Assembly (NCBI GenBank): GCA_963752255.1
Contig: CAVVXT010000019.1
Location: 64,001 to 128,000 of the forward strand
DNA length: 64,000 nt
Direction: 5' to 3'
From: Nitrososphaeria archaeon
Lineage (GTDB): Archaea > Thermoproteota > Nitrososphaeria > JACIWG01
The translations under genes were made by a program, and so were the position numbers. Shown piece by piece: positions 52,189 to 63,351 of this stretch; positions within the stretch are counted from its first letter, which is position 1; each line of letters begins with the position of its first letter. Under the pieces are notes generated by a model. The model had not been told where the DNA came from, did not search any database, and saw only the letters and a list, made by a program, of their open reading frames with translations.

Positions 52189-52965
52189 CCCGAAGCGTCT
52201 GCTTCTTTGCTGATAGATTCTAATCGCTCTCATTAGGTCTATCTTCCTAAAGTCAGGCCAGTAGGCATCAAAGAATATAAGTTCACTGTATGCACTCTGC
52301 CACAAAAGGAACCCGCTGAGACGTTCCTCCCCCGAAGTTCTTATGACAATATCTGGTTCAGGGTTCGGTAGATGTGAAGTGTAAAGGGAGTTCCCTACTA
52401 TTTCATTATCTATTTCTTCCACCTTCAGCTTCGAACTTGCAACATCTTCGGCAATATTCTTCACCATGTCAATAATTTCTTGTCTTCCACCATAGGCTAT
52501 AGCGATATTCAAGAAGAAGCCGTTGTAATTGCTTGTTGAGTCTTCGATTTCTTTAATTAATTTCTGGAGAGTATCAGGAAGAAGTGAGAGTTTTCCGATA
52601 AATTTAATTTTGACCTTTTTTTCATGGAAATCCTTGACCTCTATCATCCTCTTGACATATTTTTCCATTAAACTGAGTATATGCGAAACTTCCTCTGAAG
52701 GCCGTTTCAGGTTTTCTGTAGATAAAACGTAAAGCGTTATAGTTTTTATACCTAAAGCTGCAGCCCAATCAAGAATTTCCTCGGCCACTTTAGCTCCGAA
52801 ATTGTGCCCCAGGTTTGTCGTTAAATGTTTTTGCTTAGCCCATCTCCTGTTGCCGTCCAAGATGATGCCGACGTGAGATGGAATAACTTTCCCCCTGATC
52901 TGCCGACTAAGCCAATATTCATAGATTTTATAGGCGCCTAAGACCTCCAAGGTTTTTTTAAGCAT
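52183..52965 (-). CDS. uppS: cis-Prenyltransferase (polyprenyl diphosphate synthase)
   Basis: ILDGNRRWA, STENL.R, YGGRQEI, IRTSGE.RLSGFLLWQSAYSE, RRFG. Confidence 0.95.
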   Translation of the reverse strand: MLKKTLEVLGAYKIYEYWLSRQIRGKVIPSHVGIILDGNRRWAKQKHLTTNLGHNFGAKVAEEILDWAAALGIKTITLYVLSTENLKRPSEEVSHILSLMEKYVKRMIEVKDFHEKKVKIKFIGKLSLLPDTLQKLIKEIEDSTSNYNGFFLNIAIAYGGRQEIIDMVKNIAEDVASSKLKVEEIDNEIVGNSLYTSHLPNPEPDIVIRTSGEERLSGFLLWQSAYSELIFFDAYWPDFRKIDLMRAIRIYQQRSRRFGL

Positions 52966-52976
52966 GAATCCTGCAC

Positions 52977-54089
52977 CTATTTATCTTTCCTTCTCACTAT
53001 TTTTAAGTAAGCGAACGATAGCAATAAAAATAACAGGGACAGACCTATTAAAAGTGTTGAAACTACCGAGAATGGGTTCCTGTTAGGATCTATAAGTATT
53101 TGAGAAAGCTCGATGAACGGGAAGTACAATAGCACCAACATCACAATACCTACAGTGTATCTGAAGGCTCTGTAGAGACTTTCCCTAATGAAGGTGTAGA
53201 GAATGTTTCCGGCATAGTATATGCCAACTCCTATCCAAACGAATAGGAGAGCATTCTCTATCATTATGCCAGACAAGAATGAGAGGTTCTCAAGCAGTTT
53301 TGAAGGGTCACCGGCAACGATCTTGAACTCTTCAGTAACGCTGAGCCCTACGAAACCTCTATAGAAACCTACAACACACAGCAGAATCATACTAAGTACA
53401 GAAAAGACCCTGATGTAGCTTGATGTGTTAAGCTTTCTAACGTTTCCGAGAAGCGTGTCAACTCCGAAGCCTCTTATTATTAGAAGGACACCAAGAAAGA
53501 AAAGTGCACCTATCACTGCTTGGTTCACAAACCCTATTAGAACTAGGCCCGCAAACATCAGCAAGAAGAGCCCTGGGAAACCAAGAAAATACTTTGAATA
53601 TCGGGGGTCAAACACAACCATCTTAAGATATTTGCCTAGTACCGCGTAAGATTCTTCGACTCTTTCACTGTGTTTTATAATTACTCTCCTAATAGAAAAA
53701 ATCGGTATAATAGTTTGAAATATAGGTACGAGGGTTTCATCCTCGAAACCATCACTTACGAAGATTACACCTTCTGCCGGGAATCTTTCCCTTACTTGCA
53801 TAAGCTCTTGGCGGATTTTTGTATCAGATTCAACTCCTCCTCCAAAGGTGCCAGTGATAACCGAAACCTCCACATCATGACCTTGGAGCTTGAGCACATC
53901 ATGTTCTTTTACCGCAGCGAAGATTGCGTTTGCGTCAGCTTCTTCGGGGTCAGACAGCGCAAGTGCTTCAGCAGCATTGAGACATGCAGCCCTTCCGATG
54001 ATAGGGGAGGCAATCTGGGTTTTTTCGTACAAATCGTTGTCCCTATCAACACATAATACAAGAAGCTTTGCTGGCGCTGCGCTAATCAT
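52977..54089 (-). CDS. DUF373 family membrane protein
   Basis: LVLCVDRDND, DPE..DAN, VSDG.EDE followed by TM helices. Confidence 0.88.
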   Translation of the reverse strand: MISAAPAKLLVLCVDRDNDLYEKTQIASPIIGRAACLNAAEALALSDPEEADANAIFAAVKEHDVLKLQGHDVEVSVITGTFGGGVESDTKIRQELMQVRERFPAEGVIFVSDGFEDETLVPIFQTIIPIFSIRRVIIKHSERVEESYAVLGKYLKMVVFDPRYSKYFLGFPGLFLLMFAGLVLIGFVNQAVIGALFFLGVLLIIRGFGVDTLLGNVRKLNTSSYIRVFSVLSMILLCVVGFYRGFVGLSVTEEFKIVAGDPSKLLENLSFLSGIMIENALLFVWIGVGIYYAGNILYTFIRESLYRAFRYTVGIVMLVLLYFPFIELSQILIDPNRNPFSVVSTLLIGLSLLFLLLSFAYLKIVRRKDK

Positions 54090-54176
54090 CTAACACATAT
54101 AGAATATGATAAATTAAAAACTTTGCATTTTCTATTAAAACATTATGTGCAGACAAACTGAGTGCTTTTGGCTACA

Positions 54177-54722
54177 CTAATATTCGATACCCTTTCGGGC
54201 TTTAACACCCTGGTAAAACGGATGTCGAATAGCGTTAATGAATACGACATATTCTGCAGCGTCATATAATTCCTTTGGCGCATTTCTTCCAGTCAAAACC
54301 AGTTCAATATTTTTTGGTTTTGATCTTACAAGTTCAAGGACCTCCTCTTTTTTTAGTAATCCGAATTCGATCGCGACGTTGACTTCATCTAAAATCAAAA
54401 GATCAACATCTCCTGAGGATATAACTTTCTTTGCGAACTTTAATCCCTTCTCTGCAACAAGCCTGTCCTTGGACGAATACTTTCCCTTCTCAAGAAAGGG
54501 ACCTGTACCAAATTGTTTAACCGTCACATTCTTGCACCCTTTAAGGAAGAACAGTTCACCATATCTTTCTTCTGTTCGATCGTTTTTCATAAACTGTACT
54601 AGGCAAACTCTTAATCCGTTACCAAGAGCTCTGACTGCGAGACCTATCGCAGAAGTAGTTTTACCGGGCCCGTCTCCGGTTACTAAGTGAACATAGCCCT
54701 TTCTTAATCGGTGTCTCTTCAT
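54177..54722 (-). CDS. cobO: Cob(I)alamin adenosyltransferase (CobA/CobO/BtuR)
   Basis: TG.GPGKTTSA.G, QFMK, ILDE, ELVLTGR, HP...G..A.KGIEY. Confidence 0.92.
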   Translation of the reverse strand: MKRHRLRKGYVHLVTGDGPGKTTSAIGLAVRALGNGLRVCLVQFMKNDRTEERYGELFFLKGCKNVTVKQFGTGPFLEKGKYSSKDRLVAEKGLKFAKKVISSGDVDLLILDEVNVAIEFGLLKKEEVLELVRSKPKNIELVLTGRNAPKELYDAAEYVVFINAIRHPFYQGVKARKGIEY

Positions 54723-54780
54723 TGTATTAGGAGATGCTACAGATTAGAATATTAATCTTTGGTCATTTAATTAAAAACTA

Positions 54781-55634
54781 CTACTCCTCTTCGCCGTACA
54801 ACAGTTGAAGCTCTTGAAAGGTTAGTCCTTCTCCCTTTTCAAATTTCTTTTTCAACTCCTCCCGAATTATCGCTTTTCTCCTTTCAAGACCCCTTTGATA
54901 ATGATTGGTCTCCTTTTCTCTTATCTTGCTAATCACAATCTTCTTTTGAGACAGCAGATTGTTTATTTCTGATTGGACACTTTCGATTTCGGTCTGGAGA
55001 GTTGTAATCTTCTCGAATGACGTGTTCTGCTCTTTTACCGAAGAGTTCAGTGTTTCCTTGGCTTGCTTAATTTCTTCCTTAAGATTTTCAAGCTTAGCCC
55101 TAGTCGTATCTAGTTCTTCGTTTATGTCGTCTATCTGCTCGCTCTTCTCCTCTATAGCCTTTTTAAGGTTCCTTATTCCTTCGTCTTTTTCAAAAGCTTT
55201 CTTCTTGCCAGCAAGCTCCCTTCTCACTTTGTTTGCCTCCTCCCCGTACTTAAGTTCAAGACCCTTAGCTTTAGGCTCTGTCTGCAACTTCCATTCTATG
55301 CTTCCTAATTTTTTCTCCAATCCGTTTATCTCCTCAAGGCTAGGTCTTCTAGTTGTACCCTTTAGTGGTGTGAGTTTCTTGTTCAAGGATGAACGTCCTT
55401 CTGTGTTTTCTAAAATTAATTTCCGTTTCAATTCGATGAGCTCATTAAAGCGTTTGTCTAGGTTTTTCTAGTTGAATAAAGGTCGTTTATTTTCTTCTTT
55501 TGCGCCCAAATCGTGCTTCTAAGAGACTCAACCTTATTTCTCATGGTATTAAACTCGTTAATAAAATCCCTTTTCTTATTGAAGAGGACTTGAATGTTCT
55601 CGCTTAATTCGACAATTTCTGTTGCAGGCTCCAA
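54781..55634 (-). CDS. Archaeal coiled-coil protein (COG1340-like), split by a -1 indel in an A-run (~55465)
   Basis: Heptad-rich, IEWKLQT and terminal KGE.LTF.EL motifs. Adding one A joins the two ORFs. Confidence 0.65.
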
Positions 55635-55767
55635 TTTGCTCGTTCGCCTAGACCAACCCAACATACATAAATAAATCATTTGTTTTTTAGGGACATGCAG
55701 CTTGCAGATTGCTCTTGATATGAGCTGTTTTTGCAAAAAGGGTAAACATACTTTCCTATGATCAAAG

Positions 55768-56526
55768 TTATTCGATAAACTCTTCTCCACCTCTCAAAAT
55801 GTTGGATATAGCTGATGCAAGATTGAGCATCCCGTTCCATGTTACTGATGATATAGGGATTGGAGTAGGAATAAGAGATAGTTTTGAAAAAGCCTTGAGT
55901 ATTTCGTTCCCTATCAGATATCTTTCGCTGTTTTTTTCATTGGACATGTCTTCTTCTAGCAATTTACTGTTGGCGCACCAGCCCATTATTTTTCTTGTTA
56001 GAATCTTACTCAAATCCGTTTTTGTCAGAACAGAGAGTTGTGGGAGGTTAAGTCTAAGCTTCAACGAGTTATACAAAAGAGTCGTGGAAAGAAAGTTAAA
56101 CGGGGATGAGGCGATAGTAAAGTCGAATAGGAACAGCACAACCTTGTTTTCTCCACCTAAGTTGTTCACAACGTACGGCCCACTTTCTCGGAAAGCGAAG
56201 AGTTCAAGTTGGCCAGGTGTATCAACTACAATGTAGTCAGCTTTCTGCTCCTCCAGCTCTTCTTTTATATTATTCAGACTTACAGCTATCATGTCTGAGG
56301 CTGCAACAAGGGCACCATTTGGCCCAAGCCCGTATTCTTCCATAACTTTCTGGACACTAATATAGTCTCTGATGTCGACATCCGGTTCATACGGCAACTT
56401 TAATACACCTGGATCTAGGTTTAAGGTTATGACGTCTGCTTCACGTTCCTGATACCATTTCTTTAACACCGAAGTCAAAGTAGATTTTCCAGAGCCAGCT
56501 GTCCCGGTCAAGAATATTAGGTACAT
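55768..56526 (-). CDS. GPN-loop GTPase
   Basis: GTAGSGKST, NLDPG, GLGPNG, DTPGQ.E.F, TK.D. Confidence 0.95.
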   Translation of the reverse strand: MYLIFLTGTAGSGKSTLTSVLKKWYQEREADVITLNLDPGVLKLPYEPDVDIRDYISVQKVMEEYGLGPNGALVAASDMIAVSLNNIKEELEEQKADYIVVDTPGQLELFAFRESGPYVVNNLGGENKVVLFLFDFTIASSPFNFLSTTLLYNSLKLRLNLPQLSVLTKTDLSKILTRKIMGWCANSKLLEEDMSNEKNSERYLIGNEILKAFSKLSLIPTPIPISSVTWNGMLNLASAISNILRGGEEFIE

Positions 56527-56596
56527 CGAACTATATGGTATAAATTGCTTTGTTATTAATTCTTAGGGTCATCGCCTTCTAAAATCTTAAGGCAAC

Positions 56597-57364
56597 TTAT
56601 GATCTAACATATTGTCGAAAGCAGTCAGATATTATCTTCGCTGCTTCTTTAACGTGGTCAACCGCCTTATCCGATAAAACGTCGTAGACGTAAATGTGTA
56701 GAATAATATAATATTTCCCCCCTCGCAGCCTAGGATGGGATTTTACGTAGATGTCCTTATACTTTGAAGCTATTTCTTTGATGCTTTGCGCAAGTCCAGA
56801 TTCCCCTATACCATCCATAATGATCTTCTTTTGATAGTATCTTCCAAGATTTGGCAGAACTTTTGGGACGTAGTTTTTTATCATACCTTTCATTTCTATT
56901 GGAACACCCGGCATCACAAATATTCTCAAGCCATCACTGATGATATCAGAACCCGGTGCAGCTCCTCTCTCGTTAGGTATTATAATACAACCCTTAGGTA
57001 GAACCGCCATTTTCCTTGAAGCTTCATTGAATAAATGTCCCCTTGCCGCTGCCCTAGCTTTGAGTTTCAGAACTATTTCTTCATCGACGTAGATTTCGAG
57101 GTTCAGGGCTTTAGCTACGCTCTCAATAGTGATGTCGTCGTATGTAGGCCCCAAGCCCCCGGTTGTAAACAAGTAGTTTACATTCTCCCTTTTAGCTTCT
57201 AAGATTACATCCGCGATTGCTTTACAATCATCCCTTACACATATTATTCGATCTACAAAATATCCTTTCCTTCTCAGAAACTTCGCTATGTACGACGCGT
57301 TAGTGTTCACGACGTCTCCAATTAACAGTTCATTTCCTATGCCGATTATTCTACAAACACTCAT
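56597..57364 (-). CDS. CinA N-terminal-like (MoCF_biosynth domain) protein
   Basis: IGNELL.G...NTN, GGLGPT.DD.T, G.APG, PGVP.EM, KSHP. Confidence 0.9.
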   Translation of the reverse strand: MSVCRIIGIGNELLIGDVVNTNASYIAKFLRRKGYFVDRIICVRDDCKAIADVILEAKRENVNYLFTTGGLGPTYDDITIESVAKALNLEIYVDEEIVLKLKARAAARGHLFNEASRKMAVLPKGCIIIPNERGAAPGSDIISDGLRIFVMPGVPIEMKGMIKNYVPKVLPNLGRYYQKKIIMDGIGESGLAQSIKEIASKYKDIYVKSHPRLRGGKYYIILHIYVYDVLSDKAVDHVKEAAKIISDCFRQYVRS

Positions 57365-57388
57365 TTCTTTTATCCCTTCTAGACGAAA

Positions 57389-57616
57389 TTATTTCTTTGA
57401 GAGCCACCAACTCAAGACTTCATTTTGTCGTCTTTTCTTCTTATCCTTATCAGAATCTTCATGTGCTTTGTCCCGTAAATCTTGAAGTTGCTCCTTTGTG
57501 GCGTAAAGACCACACGATTTACAAAGATACTTCTTCGTCGAGACTTCATAAGTTAATATTGCCCCGCATTCAGGGCATCTTTCAACCAAATCCCACCTAC
57601 ACCAAATAGACTTCAA
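57389..57616 (-). CDS. Small Zn-ribbon protein
   Basis: CPECG and CKSCG, basic tail ending WWLSKK; true start may be slightly downstream. Confidence 0.7.
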   Translation of the reverse strand: MKSIWCRWDLVERCPECGAILTYEVSTKKYLCKSCGLYATKEQLQDLRDKAHEDSDKDKKKRRQNEVLSWWLSKK

Positions 57617-57682
57617 TCCAGCCTGTTAAAAAAGGTTGATTATTTTTATATAACCTAAACATAAAAACTTTCAGAAGCATCT

Positions 57683-58798
57683 ATGGAAATCTTCAGGCCA
57701 GACTCGAAGACCGTCTGGAACGATAAGGATGTAGAGCATAGGCTTTCTTGGTACCGTAAAGTGATGACCGGAGAGTCGCCACCAAAGTTCCTTTTATGTA
57801 AGATGATTTCCGCAGAAAATCCGGAAGGTCTTAAAGAAGAAGAACTCTGGGCCATTCATGGAAGGTTACAAAATGATTTCCTGAAAATATTCGAAGATGT
57901 TGTCGACGGAAAGGAGAAGTTATCAAGTCTTAAGATTGTTGAACCTAACTATCTGGATGTTAAGGGTTCTCTAGCAGAAAAGATGACTGAAAAGTGCACT
58001 TTTTGTGAAATGTCTTGCGGGGTCAACAGAAAAAAGGGTGAAAAAGGATTATGTAGAGTAGGATTTAGAACCAAAGTTTCAACTTGGTTCAATCATTTTG
58101 GCGAAGAAGCGCCATTGATTGGCGAAGGCGGATCCGGCACCATATTCTTTTCTGGATGCAACTTTGGTCCATGTGTTTACTGCCAGAACTGGGATATCTC
58201 CGTTGATCCTGAAAATGGAGCCGACGTTTCACACGAGACCCTAGCGTTGATTTCTAGGAAGCTGGCAATGGACGGTGCCGCCAATGTAAACTACGTTGGC
58301 GGTGAACCAACTCCCAACCTACACACCATACTTCTCTCACTGCGATATTTGGATGTGAATATAGCGCAGCTATGGAACAGCAACATGTACTGCTCCATCA
58401 GCACAATGAAGCTCCTATCCGACGTCATTGATATATGGCTTCCAGACTTTAAGTACGGCAACGACGTGTGTGCAGAGAAGCTTTCAAAGGTTAACCGATA
58501 TTTTGAAGTTGTCTCAAGAAATCACAAGATCGCCCACGATAGCGGAAGCATCCTGATAAGACATCTTGTTCTACCAGGACATGTCGACTGCTGTACAAAA
58601 CCAATTTTAGATTGGATATCTAGGAACCTTCCTAACGCATTATTGAATATAATGGGACAATATCACCCAGACTACCTCGTATCGGATAATCCGAACAAGT
58701 ATAAGTCTATCTCCCGGAAAGTGTCTGACGAAGAGATGGAGCAGGCTTATGCGTATGCTGAAAATCTTAATGTAGTTTATAAACCGGTTTCAGGATAA
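57683..58798 (+). CDS. PflX-like radical SAM protein
   Basis: C.FC...C.VNR, H.GEE, SGTIFFSGCN..CVYCQN.DIS, GGEPTP, PDFKYG, RHLVLPGH. Confidence 0.9.
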   Translation: MEIFRPDSKTVWNDKDVEHRLSWYRKVMTGESPPKFLLCKMISAENPEGLKEEELWAIHGRLQNDFLKIFEDVVDGKEKLSSLKIVEPNYLDVKGSLAEKMTEKCTFCEMSCGVNRKKGEKGLCRVGFRTKVSTWFNHFGEEAPLIGEGGSGTIFFSGCNFGPCVYCQNWDISVDPENGADVSHETLALISRKLAMDGAANVNYVGGEPTPNLHTILLSLRYLDVNIAQLWNSNMYCSISTMKLLSDVIDIWLPDFKYGNDVCAEKLSKVNRYFEVVSRNHKIAHDSGSILIRHLVLPGHVDCCTKPILDWISRNLPNALLNIMGQYHPDYLVSDNPNKYKSISRKVSDEEMEQAYAYAENLNVVYKPVSG

Positions 58799-58925
58799 AT
58801 ATTTTTTTATGATGGGTGATCATCTAGATTCCAAGAACGTTTGCATAATCAGTTATCAATTTATTGGGATTATGTTATAGGCACAACCAAGGCATTTTAA
58901 TAGATTTGAAATAATTGTGTTCATA

Positions 58926-60503
58926 TTATTCTATTTTACATTCATTATTTCCTGGTATGGCCCAGCTGAACTTTTCTCTTAGACTTTTAGAGTAGATACG
59001 CTCTATAGGTACTTTAGCTTTTTTAGCGTATTCGATAACCAGTCTCGGATCTATATAGGATGTCAGAGATGTGCTTAGATTCCATTCCGAAGCATCCTTA
59101 TAGAGCTGATATTCCAACGAAGCTTTTCGTGCAGACTGCTTAATCTTCTCAATCTTCTTTTCCATCTTCTCTTTTTCTTTTCCGCCAGCTTTATCCAGTT
59201 TAGCTAAGAGACCTATGTATTCGGTCTTTTTTCGCTCCATCTTTTCTTCTTTCTTCTTAAGTTTCTCTTTGAACTTATCCGGTAGCTTCCTTTTATGGTT
59301 CAGTCTCTTGGCTACAGCTAAGTTAACGTATCTAAAACGAATCGTACTTTCAAATTCACCTTTATTGAAACTCTGCCGAGTTCCATCAATAGCATTTTTG
59401 AGAGTGATTCCAGCTATCATTGTCCTAAAAGTCTTAGCTGAGACATCTGGGACAACTTCTTGCAGAAATTTCGCGACCTTTTGGGAGTTCATTCCGTCAA
59501 ATATCAGACCATTCCCAGCATTGTTTTTGAATCTTTGAATGTTTTTGACGATCATGTTTGGAAGCACAAGCTCTCTCTGCCAATGCACATAATCTTTTCC
59601 AACAAAGTCAAGGAAAACCCTGTTGCCGTCGATCTTTAGGTTATCAGCCTTTAGAGTTGTGCAGCCGACCGTTCCCATTTCTCCCGCGATCTTTTCATCA
59701 CCTACCCTCATGCCTGATTCTTTTATCAGGTGAACTACCGTAGCTACTTTCTTCCTATTTTCATCTTTTTGGTTAAAACTGTCTCTGATATTCCTCTCAA
59801 CCTCTTTAATCTTAGATTTTAACTCAATAGCCTTATCCCATTTCTTTATCTCCCTGTTCTGTCTGATGCTGCTGCTCGGAGAGAACCAGACGTACTTCAT
59901 CTTACTATTTAGAGGATTCCTCCAGCACGCGATCCACATGCAGGTGCTCCTCCAGACGATTTCTTTCCATCCTTCATCTAGTCCCTCGGGTTTTTCGCTT
60001 AAATTCAATGTTATATCCTCTCGCTTTATCTCCTTCTTCCATCTTCCCCTCAAAGGATTTCTTCCCTTAGAAGTGAAGAGGCCTGGAGGTTCAACTATCC
60101 AATTCTGTAAAACAATCCTTTTACCATCCACTATCGCATAGCCATACTTTTCTTTCAGCGCATCCCTAATCTTTTTCCGTTCATCCGCTGTTCTTTTCTT
60201 TTCTTCCCTTGTCAAAATCTCCTTCCTCCTCTTCTCGCGTTCAAGATAACCTGTTATATCAGTCCAATCGAAATCTTCGACCTTACAGGAACCTGTTATT
60301 CCCAACTTTTTAGCGAAGTCTTCAAGGAAGTTAGACACAAATATTTGGTCATTAGCGTAGCTTGTACCAAACTTCTTAGCGAAGGCAACAGCCATCTGTT
60401 CAGCCTCCGAATCCAGCATAATAGCCTGTCCTTTGTGCTTTAGTTTCAGTCCGAGTGGGAAGTACGGTGGGACATATACGCCATGATGGATTAATTGTTT
60501 CAC
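58926..60503 (-). CDS. DNA topoisomerase IB (eukaryote-like, thaumarchaeal type)
   Basis: VEPPGLF..KG..P.RG.WK, KYV, R.G.EK, TVGC..L, DF.GKD, AK.FRT, NH.R, TS...YIDPR (catalytic Tyr). Confidence 0.93.
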   Translation of the reverse strand: MKQLIHHGVYVPPYFPLGLKLKHKGQAIMLDSEAEQMAVAFAKKFGTSYANDQIFVSNFLEDFAKKLGITGSCKVEDFDWTDITGYLEREKRRKEILTREEKKRTADERKKIRDALKEKYGYAIVDGKRIVLQNWIVEPPGLFTSKGRNPLRGRWKKEIKREDITLNLSEKPEGLDEGWKEIVWRSTCMWIACWRNPLNSKMKYVWFSPSSSIRQNREIKKWDKAIELKSKIKEVERNIRDSFNQKDENRKKVATVVHLIKESGMRVGDEKIAGEMGTVGCTTLKADNLKIDGNRVFLDFVGKDYVHWQRELVLPNMIVKNIQRFKNNAGNGLIFDGMNSQKVAKFLQEVVPDVSAKTFRTMIAGITLKNAIDGTRQSFNKGEFESTIRFRYVNLAVAKRLNHKRKLPDKFKEKLKKKEEKMERKKTEYIGLLAKLDKAGGKEKEKMEKKIEKIKQSARKASLEYQLYKDASEWNLSTSLTSYIDPRLVIEYAKKAKVPIERIYSKSLREKFSWAIPGNNECKIE

Positions 60504-60696
60504 GTCATCAAAGCCATCAGCGAGGACTTTAAAAATCTAACTGATTTTCCAAAAAAGGTAAGAGTAGGTTTCAGTACTATTGGATAATCATTTTTGGGAA
60601 ATAATTATTTAACACCTACACCATATTTATAAGAAGTATTAGCTGATAGACCGAAGCTTAGCTGTGCAGAATTCCATTTGCTTCGCTTTTTATATT

Positions 60697-61776
60697 CTAA
60701 AGCATCTTCATTCTTTTATATTCGCTCATACATGGGTTGCCTATTGTGTAGTGGCATTCAGATCTGCTGATGTCGAATATAGTTGAAGCAAGTGTCTTGG
60801 ATGCTCCCGAAACGCCTGGCTCTTCGCTTGCATGCCTACAAATAGAAAAGGGCAGGTCGTAGTGGTCTCTAAAGATGTTTTTGGCATCGTTTACGTCAAC
60901 TTTATACCCCAATTTTTTGATCAGATAATTTGCTCGAAGCTGCCTTGTCCAAGAGCATGATGAGACATTTCTATTGAGATCCTTGAATCTGCTGCCTAGA
61001 AAATGATTCGTATGAACGATCAGCCCATGATCATCTGGTTCAATGTATTCAGCGTCCGTAGGTGTAATTTCAACATCCAACAACAGGTCCTTTTTAGCCA
61101 TTAGAAAGTTTATTGAAGACGACCTTTTAGCTTCCTGAATCCATTCAAATGCTTTCGTCAAGTTCTTCGAGTTGAGTATGGACCAAGATAGAATGGACAC
61201 CAACGGCACACCGAGTTTGTGACCGTCTTCCTTTGATTTAAGGGCGTTGATGCATAAAGCGACACCTTCCGAATTTAAGCCTCTGTGGGAGAGGGAACCG
61301 GCTTCCACCTGTGTCAAAACCTTCGGATTATTGTCTATTTTGAACTCTAAATTGACGATCCCTTTTTCTATCTCCCTGTTAAGATCCCAATTCTGCGCTA
61401 TCATCGCTAAACTGTCAGACTGTACACCAATCGATGTGCAAGAGTCCTTATTCGAAAAAAGTAGCTCGTATCTATAATTAATTGTCAGGATGTCTTCAAA
61501 CGGCAGTTTAGCGCCATCCGCTATACCATTCATGACTTCGATCGCTTTATCGTTGAAAGACCGGATCTCATCTAATCCCCTCTTTGACATCTCCCTTAGC
61601 TTACCCCAGCTTAGACCATTAACTTCTTGCAAGATTATCTTGAAAGATTCTATGTTCATTGAAATTTTATCTTTAGCTTTTTCACCATATACTAAACCAA
61701 CCTGATAGGGGCTACCATATGCTTTGATTGTTGGAGCATCCTCCACCTTTTCATTTTTCATTTGCATCGGCAACAA
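60697..61776 (-). CDS. Peptidase C45 / acyl-CoA:6-APA acyltransferase family (Ntn hydrolase)
   Basis: G..YG, GIADGA, SCT nucleophile, AQNWD, GLNS.G, HTNHF, GNPC. Confidence 0.88.
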   Translation of the reverse strand: MLPMQMKNEKVEDAPTIKAYGSPYQVGLVYGEKAKDKISMNIESFKIILQEVNGLSWGKLREMSKRGLDEIRSFNDKAIEVMNGIADGAKLPFEDILTINYRYELLFSNKDSCTSIGVQSDSLAMIAQNWDLNREIEKGIVNLEFKIDNNPKVLTQVEAGSLSHRGLNSEGVALCINALKSKEDGHKLGVPLVSILSWSILNSKNLTKAFEWIQEAKRSSSINFLMAKKDLLLDVEITPTDAEYIEPDDHGLIVHTNHFLGSRFKDLNRNVSSCSWTRQLRANYLIKKLGYKVDVNDAKNIFRDHYDLPFSICRHASEEPGVSGASKTLASTIFDISRSECHYTIGNPCMSEYKRMKML

Positions 61777-62013
61777 ACAACAACTCTATTAGCGTATATT
61801 AGCTTTTTACTCTTTTAAACGTAATAGCAATGCAGGTTACTGGTTTATGTCTAAAATGTGGGGTTCAACTCGATGTTCAATTTGCGTAATTTGGTTGATC
61901 GCGCCCTACATCATGTTTTAGGAAGTTAATCAAGATCCGATCTAACTATCTTACATCTTTAAAAGTTTGAGAAAAAACCGCCAGCAATAAAAAAACTTTA
62001 AATTTTTTAAATG

Positions 62014-62793
62014 TTATATCTCGAACTTATTAATTATCCTGCTCTCCAGCTCCCCAGTTACCTCAGCGACAACGTGTATGTACTCTTGGATTCCTGAGTT
62101 AACAATCCTAGGCTTTAACAGTTCGTCTATCTGGAACACACCAGCAGAATTGGACATCGTTATTCTTATGGTAACCAGTTTTTCCTTTCCTTCCTCTATG
62201 TTCACCTTCTCAATAGAGAGAGCTGAAACCGAATGTATGTCTATGTTTCCTGCTTGAAATGGAATCCTAGCCCTTCCTTTCTCCATATCTAAGGCATCAG
62301 CGATGCACACGATACCCGCCTCGATCGTCAAAGGCTTGTGTGGCTCTTCATGTGATACAATTATATGAAGCACTTCAGAAAGAATGGTCGTGCGCTCTTC
62401 TTCTGAGTATATTCTATCCAAGTATTTCCCAACGATTTGAGAAGCTAAAAGAGCACCGTACATCTCATGCAACTCCCTTGTCACCGTCATACCTAAGTCA
62501 TGACAAATCGAACCGAGGACGACTATAACTTCGGAGTCTTCGTTTTTCAGACCGTAATTTTTAACAGCGCTCGGAGTAATGCCTTTTTTAATCAAGATTC
62601 TTAAAATTTTCAAAGCAGAGTTAGCCACAATTTTGACATGTGTGGGACCATGATCAGAGTAACCCATTCTATCTATGGCCATTACATTTGAACATTTCCA
62701 TAAAGTTCTCAAAGTTACATCTTTCCTAACCTCTCTAATTACATGCTCAAGCTTTGAATTTCCGTGGAAAGGTATGTTGAATACGTATGACAT
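62014..62793 (-). CDS. HD-domain phosphohydrolase (COG3294-like)
   Basis: DHGP.H, HDLG, ADALDM.KGRAR, IH..SA, AG.FQ. Confidence 0.88.
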   Translation of the reverse strand: MSYVFNIPFHGNSKLEHVIREVRKDVTLRTLWKCSNVMAIDRMGYSDHGPTHVKIVANSALKILRILIKKGITPSAVKNYGLKNEDSEVIVVLGSICHDLGMTVTRELHEMYGALLASQIVGKYLDRIYSEEERTTILSEVLHIIVSHEEPHKPLTIEAGIVCIADALDMEKGRARIPFQAGNIDIHSVSALSIEKVNIEEGKEKLVTIRITMSNSAGVFQIDELLKPRIVNSGIQEYIHVVAEVTGELESRIINKFEI

Positions 62794-63351
62794 CTAGCAT
62801 CACTCTCTGATATAGATCATTTTTGTTCAGACGTCGATATTTAAACAATTTCTTTTTAAAATCCATTTGATTTTGACTTTATCAATTTTCAAAATCTAAG
62901 CAGGACCGATCGCAGAATAATAGATGTATTCCAATTCCTTATTAAAAATAGGGAAAAGTGACGGTTTGAACTTTGATTCTAAACCTGTTTTAAGTCGCTT
63001 TAATGTTAATTAACAACTCATCAATTTGGAAGTTATCTACGTAGTTACCTTTCGCGTGAACTCCAGAGATAGATTTCTTTCTTATATTGAACCACCAAAA
63101 TAAAGTACCGACTAATATAAAGGGAAGACATCTATGAGTTCTGTTTCTTCCACCTCCAAAAAAGTCTATTTTAAATCAGAGATGCTGTCGCATCTTTGTT
63201 AAAATAATGCCACATTCGGCGTGTTACTTTTTTTCTAAAGATCCATTTTTAGTTGGGATATTTCTGTTGATTTTAAACTTTTCACTAACGTTCTTAACGG
63301 ATATATATAGAACAGTAATATAATATTTGCCAGAACAGAGGGATCGGATTA

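Noticed and set aside
61858-61875. GGGGTTCAACTC T-loop-like word
   Set aside because: No matching T-stem or acceptor strand, so neither a tRNA nor an att fragment.
63010-63032. FQIDELL peptide upstream of the HD gene, identical to a stretch of the HD protein
   Set aside because: Only 7 residues, with different codons and no flanking similarity; probably chance.
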